NCBI GenBank assembly: GCA_965227515.1
Contig: CBDDFZ010000001.1
Coordinates: forward strand, 3,712,001-3,776,000
DNA: 64,000 bases
Direction: 5' to 3'
Origin: Alphaproteobacteria bacterium
GTDB taxonomy: Bacteria > Pseudomonadota > Alphaproteobacteria > CALKHQ01
Positions 26,857-36,033 of this stretch are shown piece after piece. The stretch's first letter is position 1. Every line of letters begins with the position of its first letter. The notes under the pieces were generated by a model. It saw only the letters and a program-made list of their open reading frames with translations, was not told where the DNA came from and searched no databases. Made by a program: the position numbers and the translations under genes.

Positions 26857-27934
26857 TACCCGGCACCCAGCCAGAGTAGAGCGGATGTGCCGCACCGATC
26901 GGCAACGTCGCCGGCTCGCCGGTGCTGGCGGAATGGAAGATGGCCGTCACCAGTTCCAGCGACCGCCGCGCGTCCTCCAGCGTCACCGCGAATGGCTCGC
27001 CGTCGGCGAGGCGCGCGTGAACATCGGCGAACTGGCCGGCGAACCCCACGGGCGCGCGCGCAACGCCGGCCATGATCGCATTGGCTTCCGCCTCGATCTC
27101 CGGCGTGGCCGTCGTCACCTGCCACGGCTCAGCACCGGGCCTTGGCGCCAGCTCGTCGAAGCATTGCCGCTCGACGGTCAGGTTCTCGAAGCACAGCCGG
27201 ATGCGCGTTGCGGGCCGCACCGACCCGAGCGTCGCGGTCAGCGAGGCCAACGACCCGTCGGCCATGGTGAGTGCCGCGACCGCGCAATCCTCAACCTCCA
27301 CCGGGTTCACCCGCGTGGTCTTGAACGCTTTCACCTCGGCGGCGGGGCCCATCAGGTCGAACAGCAGGTCATGGATGTGGATCGATTGGGTCAGCAGCAC
27401 GCCGCCAAGTTCTGTCGCGAACTTGCCCCGCCATGGCGTCGCGTAGTAGTCGGCGCCGCGCCGCCACGCGGTCTCGATGGAGGACACATAGGCACGCCCC
27501 GGCAGGCCCGAACGAATCAGCGCGCGCACCTTGGCGATGCCGTCGCCAAACCGGTACTGGAACACCGGCGCGACCCGCTTCGGCGAACCGGCCTCCAGCG
27601 CGATGATCTCGTCCGCCTGCGCCAGCGAGGCCACGAACGGCTTCTCGCAGATGACGTGGCGGCCGGCCTTCAGCACCGCCCTCACCTGCTCGAAGTGCGC
27701 GACGGGCGGGGTGCAGATGCTGACCACGTCGACATCGTCGGCGGCGATGGTCTCGTCGACGCAGCCGGACGCAACCGGGATCGCGTGCCGTGCCGCAAAC
27801 GACACCGCCTTGTCGGCGTCGAGGTCGCAGCACCGCGTCACCTGATAGGCGTCGGGCAACATCGCAAAGCCGGTGCGCATCTGGGTGTCGGCGGTCCAGC
27901 CGCACCCGACGATGGCGACACGAAGACGTCTCAT
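26849..27934 (-). CDS. Gfo/Idh/MocA family oxidoreductase
   Basis: MRRLRVAIVGCG, HVICEKP, WRGKFATELGGVLLTQSIH, VEVED. Confidence 0.9.
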   Translation of the reverse strand: MRRLRVAIVGCGWTADTQMRTGFAMLPDAYQVTRCCDLDADKAVSFAARHAIPVASGCVDETIAADDVDVVSICTPPVAHFEQVRAVLKAGRHVICEKPFVASLAQADEIIALEAGSPKRVAPVFQYRFGDGIAKVRALIRSGLPGRAYVSSIETAWRRGADYYATPWRGKFATELGGVLLTQSIHIHDLLFDLMGPAAEVKAFKTTRVNPVEVEDCAVAALTMADGSLASLTATLGSVRPATRIRLCFENLTVERQCFDELAPRPGAEPWQVTTATPEIEAEANAIMAGVARAPVGFAGQFADVHARLADGEPFAVTLEDARRSLELVTAIFHSASTGEPATLPIGAAHPLYSGWVPGNG

Positions 27935-27941
27935 GGGCGCA

Positions 27942-29276
27942 TCACGACGCCGCGCGCAGCGTCTCGTCGGCCGCGTAGGCGCGCGACAGCAGCCGCCCAT
28001 TGTCGGCGAAATCCAACGCGAACGGTTCGGAGCAATCGCCGAAGACCGCGCTGTCGCGCAGTTCCGCGACCAGCGGCTCGGACACCAGCACCTCGTCCAG
28101 GTTGAGCGTGGAGCGGATGACGCACATCCGCGTTTGCGGATTGCCGGGCGACCAGCACGTCGACACCGCGGCGCGCATGGCATCGCGGTCGTTGGCCAGC
28201 ACGATCGGGAACCGCGATTTCTCGACCAGGGTCGATGTCAGCGAGTTCATGTAGATCTGCTGCAGGTCGATCTTGCGGGTGACGTCGACGGTGGTGAAGT
28301 CGGCCAGCCCGACGCCGAGCCCGTTGCCGCCGGTCGCGGCGCTGAGCCCCAGCACCACGATGCGCGACACGAACGGGGCCGGGTTGGGGATCGAGCGCAG
28401 GTCGGCCCGCCCGGTGACGGCATGATCCATGCCGGCGCCGGAGATGTCCTTGCCGATCTGCTCGACCACCAGCACGTCCAACGGGTCGAACGGCAGCCGG
28501 GCGATGAAGGCCTTGGCCCGCTTGAGCAGCCGCTCGTCGGCCGCATGGAAATCCGCCGGCGCCACGCCTTCGACCGCGATCAGCGACTTGTCCGGGTTCT
28601 CGACCAGCGCGATGCCGAGCGCGATGGGCGCCTTTTCCAGCAACACGCGGGCGACGGCGGGCACGACGTCGGTCAGGGCCGGCGGCCCGGTGCGATGGGC
28701 GGCGCGCGCGCCCTCCGCCTTGCCCAGGCCGACGGTCACCATCTTCACCAGCCCGCTCTCGATTGCCCGGTCGAAGGTGGTGTGCGACTTCACCCGGTTG
28801 ATCACCACCACGGCGTCGGCACCGGCCGCGTTGCGGTCGAACTTGCAGCGCGTGCCGGCATCGGTGGTGCCGTAGTCGACTGTTTCCATCGTCGCGCGGA
28901 TCGGGGCGCCCAACGTCGTTTCGGTGAGTCCGAGGCGGTCGAGCACGGCGATCTGGCCCTCCGCCGTCCCGCCACCGTGGCTGCCCATCGCCGGCACCAC
29001 GAACGGCGCCAGGCCCATGTCGCGCAGGGCGGCGATGGCGGTGCCGGCCACTTCCGCGATACGCGCGATGCCCCGGCTGCCGAGGGCAACCGCGACGCTG
29101 GCACCCGGGGGCAGTCGACGTAGGCGTTCGCTGCCTTCCACGGCGGCACGCACCGCCGCCGGCACGTCAGCAACCGCGTCGCCGACGGGGTGGTTCAGGC
29201 GCGCGCGGACCACGCGCGGCAGTTCCACATCGGCCAGATGCGGGAATTCAAGCGTGGGAAACGAGACTGCCGGCAT
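27942..29276 (-). CDS. Lactate racemase (LarA) superfamily / DUF362-like protein, putative nickel-pincer-dependent isomerase
   Basis: GSRGIA, PAMGSHGGGTAEGQ, NRVKSHT, ESGLVKM..GLGK, GKDISGAGMD. Confidence 0.72.
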   Translation of the reverse strand: MPAVSFPTLEFPHLADVELPRVVRARLNHPVGDAVADVPAAVRAAVEGSERLRRLPPGASVAVALGSRGIARIAEVAGTAIAALRDMGLAPFVVPAMGSHGGGTAEGQIAVLDRLGLTETTLGAPIRATMETVDYGTTDAGTRCKFDRNAAGADAVVVINRVKSHTTFDRAIESGLVKMVTVGLGKAEGARAAHRTGPPALTDVVPAVARVLLEKAPIALGIALVENPDKSLIAVEGVAPADFHAADERLLKRAKAFIARLPFDPLDVLVVEQIGKDISGAGMDHAVTGRADLRSIPNPAPFVSRIVVLGLSAATGGNGLGVGLADFTTVDVTRKIDLQQIYMNSLTSTLVEKSRFPIVLANDRDAMRAAVSTCWSPGNPQTRMCVIRSTLNLDEVLVSEPLVAELRDSAVFGDCSEPFALDFADNGRLLSRAYAADETLRAAS

Positions 29277-29650
29277 GGTGCGCTCCCGTTCAGATGCCCG
29301 CCGCGTTGCGCGGGCGCTTGCGGAGGATATCGAAATTGCGATGTTCCATCGGACTCACCGCACTCATCGCCTTGATGAGCGCCTTGCGAGAATACGGCGC
29401 GAAGGCCTGGCATCCATCGCTCGCCAAGCTGTTGCGCAAGCCTTCCGGTCGCGATGCGGACATTGATTGCCAGTGCAATCGGCGACTAGGCATGTGGCCG
29501 CCAAGCGCGCTTCAGGCCGGTCAGCTTATATGTTGGGCTGTTCGGCAAGTCCATTGAGCCCCGGTTGGCCACGCCCGTCGATTGGTCGGCAGCGGTCTGC
29601 GCGCATTGAAATTTGCGTCCATCGGTCGGCTGATATATCCCACGGTCTCC

Positions 29651-30748
29651 ATGCCGAAGGAGACCTCCATAGCGCCCGACGACGTTGGGCTTGTCGCCAA
29701 GCCGAAGCGCAGCCGCGAGCGGCGCGGCATGGCAGGCTCGGTGAAGCTGGCGGATGTCGCCCGGCTGGCAAACGTCTCCACGGCGACCGCCTCGCGCGTC
29801 ATCAACACCCCCGGCGCCGTCAAGGAACAGACCCGCGTCCGGGTGGAAAAGGCGATCCTGGAACTGGGCTGGATTCCGCACGGCCCCGCGCAAGCGCTGG
29901 CGAGCCTGCGCTCGCGGACGGTCGGGGCGCTGATCCCGACCCTCGGCCATCAGGCCATTGCGACGATGCTGGAAAGTTTGCAGCGCACGCTGGGCGAGGC
30001 CGGCTACACGCTGGTGCTGGGGCGGCCGGACGAGTCCGACGAGCGCACGGTACAGCAGGCGCAAAAGATGATTCAGAACGGGGTCGAGTGCCTGATCCTG
30101 ATGGGCGAGGACCAGCCGCCTGAGCTCTACAGCGTGTTGAAGCGGCGAAAGATCTTCAACGTCATCATCTACACGACAGGCGCCTTCGGCCACGCCAACT
30201 GCATCGGCTTCGACAACTACGGCGAGATGGTCCGGATCACCGAGCACCTGCTCGACATGGGCCACACCCGCTTCGGCGTTATCTCGCGCCACTTCGACCG
30301 CAACGACCGCATCCGCTTGCGGGTCAACGCGGTGCGCGACACGCTCGCACTGCATGGGCTGGCGGTGCGCCCCAAGCATCTGCAGACGGTCGACACGTGG
30401 CAGATCACGTCGGGCCGGGAGGGGATGCGCGCCATCCTTGCCGACGGGGCACCGCCAACCGCCGTCATCTGCACCAACGACTATCTGGCGACGGGCGCGC
30501 TGATCGAGGCGCGCGCCTCCGGCCTGCGCGTCCCTGACGACATCAGCATCACCGGTTTCGACGATGTCGAGCTTGCCGCGCACATGGACCCGCCATTGAC
30601 CACCATGCGCGTGCCGTCCAGGGCGATGGGCGAGACCGTGGCGCATTATGTCGTGGACTCTATCGAACATGGCGGCGCGGACCTGCCCGCCCCCCTTCCT
30701 GCGGAATTGATGGTACGGGGCTCGACCGCTCCCCCCAAGGCCGGTTGA
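29651..30748 (+). CDS. LacI-family transcriptional regulator
   Basis: HTH KLADVARLANVSTATASRVIN; SITGFDD, PPLTT; alternative start 29729. Confidence 0.93.
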   Translation: MPKETSIAPDDVGLVAKPKRSRERRGMAGSVKLADVARLANVSTATASRVINTPGAVKEQTRVRVEKAILELGWIPHGPAQALASLRSRTVGALIPTLGHQAIATMLESLQRTLGEAGYTLVLGRPDESDERTVQQAQKMIQNGVECLILMGEDQPPELYSVLKRRKIFNVIIYTTGAFGHANCIGFDNYGEMVRITEHLLDMGHTRFGVISRHFDRNDRIRLRVNAVRDTLALHGLAVRPKHLQTVDTWQITSGREGMRAILADGAPPTAVICTNDYLATGALIEARASGLRVPDDISITGFDDVELAAHMDPPLTTMRVPSRAMGETVAHYVVDSIEHGGADLPAPLPAELMVRGSTAPPKAG

Positions 30749-30759
30749 AAGAGCACGTC

Positions 30760-31875
30760 TCAGCCGCCGACGCGCGTGCCGCTGTCGCGCACGAAATCCA
30801 TGTCCAGCTCCAGGCCGAGCCCGGGTAGTTCGGGCACCTCCATGAAGCCGTCCTCCGGCGCGGTCGCGTTCTTGAACAGGTGCATCGTGACCGGCTCGAA
30901 TATCCGCAGCCGCTCCAGCGAGATGACGTTCTCCACCGCCGCCGCGAAGCTGCGGTGGACGTACTCCATCGCGTGCGGCGCCAGCGTCTTGTTCCAGGCC
31001 TGCGCCAGCGCGGCGCATTTCAACATCTCGGTGTAGCCGCCGGCGCGCGCACCGTCGAGCTGGACGATGTCGACCGCCTCGTGCAGCAGCAGGTCGCGCA
31101 GACCATAGCGCGTGTACTCGTGCTCGCCCGTTCCCAGCGGGATGTCCGTCCCGCGCTTGAAGCGCGCCAGCCCCGGAATGTCGTCGGCGAAAACCGGCTC
31201 CTCGAACAGAAAGATGTCGAACTCCCGCACCCGGTTGGCCACCTGCACCGCAGTCGCCGCGTCCCAGCAATTGTTGGCATCGAGCAGCAGCTTGATGTCG
31301 GGGCCGATCGCCTCGCGGACCTTGCGGACGCGGATGACGTCGCGCGACGGATTGGTGCCGGCATCGACCCCGACCTTGCATTTCACCGCCGTGTAGCCCT
31401 GGCCGACCATGTCCAGCATCTCGGCCACCAGTTCGTCGTCGTCGTAGGAGGTCCACCCGCCGCTGGCATAGACCGGCACCCGGCTGCGGTTGCCGCCGAG
31501 CAACCGGTGAACCGGCAAGTCCAGAATCTTGCCCTTCAGGTCCCACAAGGCGAAATCGACCGCGCTGAGGGCGCAGAACGAAAGCCCCTTGCGGCCGACG
31601 CCCCGCAGATAGTGGAACATCTCGTGCCAGATGACCTCGGTCTCCAGCGGATCGCGGCCGATCAGCTTCGGACCGATCGCGCGGTCGACCAGGTTCCCGG
31701 TCGCCTCGCCGCCGACCTCGTTATAGGTGACGCCGATGCCCTCCCGGCCCTCGCAATCCGCGATCCGCACGACGACGAAACCGACATCCTCCACCGAGCG
31801 CGTCGCGTCGGTCAGATTGCCGGCAACCGGCATGGACACCAGGTGCGTCTGCACCCACGCAATCTGTCGCTTCAT
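30760..31875 (-). CDS. Enolase superfamily, mandelate racemase subgroup (probable acid-sugar dehydratase)
   Basis: ALWDLKGK, KCK, metal ligands in DAN / EEP / GEH, His-Asp dyad (QLD..APH), PGLG. Confidence 0.9.
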   Translation of the reverse strand: MKRQIAWVQTHLVSMPVAGNLTDATRSVEDVGFVVVRIADCEGREGIGVTYNEVGGEATGNLVDRAIGPKLIGRDPLETEVIWHEMFHYLRGVGRKGLSFCALSAVDFALWDLKGKILDLPVHRLLGGNRSRVPVYASGGWTSYDDDELVAEMLDMVGQGYTAVKCKVGVDAGTNPSRDVIRVRKVREAIGPDIKLLLDANNCWDAATAVQVANRVREFDIFLFEEPVFADDIPGLARFKRGTDIPLGTGEHEYTRYGLRDLLLHEAVDIVQLDGARAGGYTEMLKCAALAQAWNKTLAPHAMEYVHRSFAAAVENVISLERLRIFEPVTMHLFKNATAPEDGFMEVPELPGLGLELDMDFVRDSGTRVGG

Positions 31876-31906
31876 CGCTGCAACGTCCCCACATCGGAAG
31901 TGTCGA

Positions 31907-32767
31907 TCATGACAATGGCGGCCTCAAGTTGTTCACTGCAACCGGCGCATCTGCGCCAAGCAGATGGCCGACGATCACCGGCAACTGGGCAGCCACCATT
32001 TCCGGCCCGGTCTGGGTGCGGTGACCGCGACGACGCGCCTCAAGGATCCAGGGCGTATCCGCCGGGGTCGGCACGATATCGGCAACGAAGCAATCGGCCG
32101 GCAAGCCATCCAGCACGCAGGGCATGCCGGGGTCGCCATTCATGCCGACCGGCGTCGCGTTGCACACCAACGCACAGACGAAATCCTCGGGCGACGTCGT
32201 GGCAACGTGGCGGCCCGGGCGGGCCTGGGTCAACCGCCCCGCCAGATCGGCCGCCCGTATGCCGTCGATACTCTCGATGACCAGCCTGCCCACGCCCGCA
32301 TCCAGCAGCGCCAGCGCGATGGCGGACCCGGCGCCGCCCGCACCGATCAGGCGTACATCGGCGCCTTCCGGGTCGAACCCGTTCTGCCGAAGCGCGCCCA
32401 CGAAACCGAGGCCGTCGGTGATGTCGCCCTGCAAATCGCCATCGGCGCCACGGCGGATGACGTTGCAGGCCCCGACCACGCCCACGGCCTCGGACCGGCT
32501 GTCCAGCGCGTCGACGGCCGCCTGTTTGTGGGGATAGGTGACCACGGCGCCCAGGCAATTCCCCCAGCCGCGAAGGGCGCGCAAGGTATCGGCGAGCGCA
32601 CCGGCGGGCACATCCACGGGGATCATCACCGCGTCGGTTCCCGTCTCCGCCGCCCACGCATTGAAGGCGCCTGGCGTCCTCACTTGCCGGATCGGTTGCC
32701 CCAGCATCACGGCGAACAGGGTCTCGCCTCCGATCGCCGCCAAAGTCCTGTGATCCGACGCGGTCAT
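31907..32767 (-). CDS. Shikimate/quinate dehydrogenase family protein (AroE/YdiB-like)
   Basis: Start MTASDHR; VTYPHK, GACNVI, ITDGLGF, GAGGAG, NATPVGM. Confidence 0.88.
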   Translation of the reverse strand: MTASDHRTLAAIGGETLFAVMLGQPIRQVRTPGAFNAWAAETGTDAVMIPVDVPAGALADTLRALRGWGNCLGAVVTYPHKQAAVDALDSRSEAVGVVGACNVIRRGADGDLQGDITDGLGFVGALRQNGFDPEGADVRLIGAGGAGSAIALALLDAGVGRLVIESIDGIRAADLAGRLTQARPGRHVATTSPEDFVCALVCNATPVGMNGDPGMPCVLDGLPADCFVADIVPTPADTPWILEARRRGHRTQTGPEMVAAQLPVIVGHLLGADAPVAVNNLRPPLS

Positions 32768-34287
32768 GCCCGCCGCCGCCATCGGCCCGTGGCGCGCGCC
32801 GCCAGTCGGCCTGCGCCACGGCGCAGCGGACCGATCTGGACCAGGATCATCCCGACTACGATGGCACAAAGCACGGCGGAGATCGGCCGGGTGAAGAACT
32901 GCGAGTAGTCGCCGTCCGCCAGCGTGAACGAGCGGCGCAAATTGCTGTCCAGGATTGTGCCCAGGACGATTCCCAGCACCAGCGGCGCCATCGGGTAGTT
33001 CATCATCCTGAGCACGAAGCCGACCACGCCGAAGACCACCACGACCCCGATATCGAAGAACCGGGACTGGATGGCGTAGGGGCCGACCAGACAGAGCACC
33101 GCGATCACCGGCATCAGCCAGGTGTCCTTGACCCGCAGCACCAGGATCATGACCTTGGTCAGGCTGAGCCCCAGGATCAGGATGCCGAGCGTCGCCAGCA
33201 CCAGCATGGCAATGATGTCGTAGACGAGCTGCGGGTTGATATCCATCAGCAGCGGCCCCGGCTGCGCGCCGTGGATGATCAGCGCCGCCATCAGGATCGC
33301 GGCCACGCCCGACCCCGGAATCCCCAGCGTCAGCACCGGGATGATCGCGCCGGGAACGGAGGCGTTGTTGCCGGTTTCCGCCGCCGTCAGCCCCTCGACC
33401 GAGCCGTTGCCGTACTCCTCCGGCTTGCGGCTGGTCCGCTTCGCCAGCGCATAGGAGGTCCAGGCACCGATATCCTCGCCGACGCCTGGCAGCAGGCCGG
33501 TGAAGGTGCCCAGGATACCGGATCGCCCGATGACCCAGCGCATGGCGAACACATCGCGCAGGCGTGGCAGGATGCGGTCCGACGCATTGCTGATCGACGC
33601 ATTCAGCTTGCGCCGCATCACGCACAGCACCTCCGCGAACCCGAACGCACCGACCATGGCGGGCAGCAACGAGATGCCGGCAGACATCTCCGTGAAGCCG
33701 AAAGTGAATCGCAGGTGGCCATAGGCCGGTTCGCGCCCGATCGTCGCCACCAGCAACCCCAGGACACCCGCCACCCACCCCTTGATGGGATCGTTGCCGC
33801 TGAGCCCGCCCGACAGCATGACGCCAACGACCGCCAGCCAGAAGAACTCGTAGGCGCCGAACGAGAGTGCGAACTCGCCCAGTGGCGGCGTGATCACGGC
33901 CAGCAGCAGGATGCCGAGCAGGGTGCCGATTGCCGAGCCCACGGTCGCCATCGCCATCGCCTCGCCGGCCCTGCCCTTGCGGGCCAGCGCGTAGCCGTCC
34001 AGCGCGGTCGCCGCGGACGATGGCGTGCCGGGAATGTTCAGCAGAATGGCGCTACGGCTGCCGCCATAGATCGCCAGCACATAGGTGCAGACCAGCACCA
34101 GGATCGCATCCGACGAATTCATGTGGATGGTCATGGTGGTCAGCAGGGCAAGGCCCATGGTGGCGGTCAGCCCAGGCAAGGCCCCGATGATCAAGCCACC
34201 GAGGCAAGCCGCCGCGGCCAGCCCCAGCGACTGCAGGTCGAACAGCTCCGCGAAGGCATTGCCGAGATATTGCAGGAAGTCGAACAT
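32764..34287 (-). CDS. tctA: Tripartite tricarboxylate transporter large subunit
   Basis: GALPGLTATMG, YGGSRSAILLNIPGTP, ETGNNA, TLGIPGS. Confidence 0.93.
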   Translation of the reverse strand: MFDFLQYLGNAFAELFDLQSLGLAAAACLGGLIIGALPGLTATMGLALLTTMTIHMNSSDAILVLVCTYVLAIYGGSRSAILLNIPGTPSSAATALDGYALARKGRAGEAMAMATVGSAIGTLLGILLLAVITPPLGEFALSFGAYEFFWLAVVGVMLSGGLSGNDPIKGWVAGVLGLLVATIGREPAYGHLRFTFGFTEMSAGISLLPAMVGAFGFAEVLCVMRRKLNASISNASDRILPRLRDVFAMRWVIGRSGILGTFTGLLPGVGEDIGAWTSYALAKRTSRKPEEYGNGSVEGLTAAETGNNASVPGAIIPVLTLGIPGSGVAAILMAALIIHGAQPGPLLMDINPQLVYDIIAMLVLATLGILILGLSLTKVMILVLRVKDTWLMPVIAVLCLVGPYAIQSRFFDIGVVVVFGVVGFVLRMMNYPMAPLVLGIVLGTILDSNLRRSFTLADGDYSQFFTRPISAVLCAIVVGMILVQIGPLRRGAGRLAARATGRWRRRA

Positions 34288-34293
34288 CGCGTG

Positions 34294-34794
34294 TCAGGGA
34301 AGCCGGACCAGGAACACTACTTCGAAGACGAACTCGACGATGAAGGCCGTGGCGACGCCGACCGCCAGGGCGCCGGCGACAACCTTCGCAATGCCCAATC
34401 GGCTGCGGCCCTGCCAATTGAACGCAACGATGAACAGCGTGATGAAGACGATGGTGGCCGGAATGAACGGCTGGCGGGTGCCCAGGCACGCGCCATAGGC
34501 GATCATCAGCACCATGGCGCCGAGCGCGCGCGGCATTGACACGGATGCCGGATCGACGGCGCCCTCGCCACCCACGATCACCTTGCCGGCAAGCGAGCGG
34601 ATCGACAGCACCGCCCCGAGGACGATCAGCGCACCGCCGAGCACGCCCGGCAGCAGCCCCGGCCCCGTCAGCACCGTCGCGCCCAGGTGGGTCGGGATCG
34701 GCATCCCGACCGCCTCCACGATGATCAGGCTGCCCAGGGCGATCCAGAACAGCCCACCCCAGAAATCCGTGCTGCGAGGTTGTGGGCGAACCAC
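34294..34794 (-). CDS. tctB: Tripartite tricarboxylate transporter small subunit
   Basis: Hydrophobic, GPGLLP, C-terminal FEVVFLVRLP; lies between tctC and tctA. Confidence 0.85.
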   Translation of the reverse strand: MVRPQPRSTDFWGGLFWIALGSLIIVEAVGMPIPTHLGATVLTGPGLLPGVLGGALIVLGAVLSIRSLAGKVIVGGEGAVDPASVSMPRALGAMVLMIAYGACLGTRQPFIPATIVFITLFIVAFNWQGRSRLGIAKVVAGALAVGVATAFIVEFVFEVVFLVRLP

Positions 34795-34877
34795 TGCGGC
34801 GCTCCCCGTCTAATAGTTGTCCCGACCGGGTTTCGCCCGGCCGGGACGACGCACTCAATACATTACTGCGGTTCGGC

Positions 34878-35897
34878 CTATGGGCGCGGGATGCCGAGTT
34901 CCTCCGGCGACACCTCGGTGGTGCCGTCGTCGTACATCCGCCACGCGGTCTCCGAAACCGCCGCACGGGCCAGCGCCATCGCCTCCTCACCCCAAATCGG
35001 CGAGAAGATCGAGCCGTTTTCGGCCGCGTAGGTCTGCAAGGCCTCGGAGTTGGCGATCTCGTTGTCCCAGAGCTCACCCATACGGTCGACCACCTCCTGC
35101 GGTACGTCCGCCGGCACGAAGATGGCCACCTGGATGGTGATGCCGGGCGCGGAGAAATCCGGGTAGAAGTCGGTGATCGGCGGGATCGGATCGACACCCT
35201 GGATCGACAGCGGGGCGTCGGTCAGCACCGCGAGCGGACGGACCCTGCCACCGCCGATCATGGCGGATTGGCCCGGCCCCGACTGGGTCGATGCCATGAC
35301 CTCACCGGCCACCAAGGCGACCATGGTCGGCGCGTCGCCGTCGTAGGCCACGGCGCGGAACTCGCCACCGACGTGGGACTGGAACGCCTGCATCGCCGAA
35401 TAAGCCGTCGAGGGTATGCCCGACGTGCCCACCGTCAGTTCGCCCGGGCTCTCATTCATGAAGGCGGCCACGTCCTGCGGCGACTGGAACGGGGTGTCCA
35501 AGTTGACGCTCAGCACGGGCGCGTTTCGCACGATCATGAAGACGTGCCAGTCGTCGATGGACGTGTCGAGCAGGCCCTGGACGCCATAGGTGCCGAGATC
35601 CTGGACGCCGCCCGAAGCCCAGGTATTGCCATCGTGCGGCGCGTCGATCACCGCGACAGTGCCGACCGTGCCGCGCGCGCCGGTCTGGTTGACGACACTG
35701 ACCGGAATGTCCAGCGCGTCGGAGACTTCGGCCCCCAGTATGCGCATGACCGAGTCCGTCGCGCCGCCGGCCGACCACGGCACGACGATCTGGATCGGCT
35801 CGGTAGGCCATGCATCCTGCGCTGTAACCGCTTGCGTCGCCACGATCGGCGCGGCGAGCGCCATGGCAAAGACGCCAAGAATTCTTCGTCCGGACAT
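34878..35897 (-). CDS. tctC: Tripartite tricarboxylate transporter substrate-binding protein (Bug/TctC)
   Basis: Signal peptide; WPTEPIQIVVPWSAGGATD, VVNQTGARG, YDGDAP. Confidence 0.9.
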   Translation of the reverse strand: MSGRRILGVFAMALAAPIVATQAVTAQDAWPTEPIQIVVPWSAGGATDSVMRILGAEVSDALDIPVSVVNQTGARGTVGTVAVIDAPHDGNTWASGGVQDLGTYGVQGLLDTSIDDWHVFMIVRNAPVLSVNLDTPFQSPQDVAAFMNESPGELTVGTSGIPSTAYSAMQAFQSHVGGEFRAVAYDGDAPTMVALVAGEVMASTQSGPGQSAMIGGGRVRPLAVLTDAPLSIQGVDPIPPITDFYPDFSAPGITIQVAIFVPADVPQEVVDRMGELWDNEIANSEALQTYAAENGSIFSPIWGEEAMALARAAVSETAWRMYDDGTTEVSPEELGIPRP

Positions 35898-35933
35898 GAC
35901 TGATGCCTCCCTATGCCTCGGCTCGTTCTTGTC

Positions 35934-35947
35934 TGTAACCGGTTACA
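35934..35947. promoter_or_regulatory. LacI-type operator, perfect palindrome TGTAACCGGTTACA
   Basis: Exact 14-bp palindrome just upstream of tctC; identical copy at 38460. Confidence 0.8.
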
Positions 35948-36033
35948 TTGATGATCAAGCAAGCCGGCCGAGTCAAGGCCGGTGATGCGATCGGACAAGC
36001 TGCTATGCGAACCCGGCGCGGAATTGGCGGCGG

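Noticed and set aside
31907-33778. 623-aa ORF suggesting a long shikimate dehydrogenase; likewise the extensions of 18-1424, 40240-42039 and 56547-59585
   Set aside because: The extensions are alternative-frame readthrough of upstream genes; coupled internal ATGs give normal-length proteins
34819-34848. Hairpin after tctC as a mobile repeat or terminator
   Set aside because: Short GC stem-loop without a U-tract; an ordinary stabiliser after a binding-protein gene
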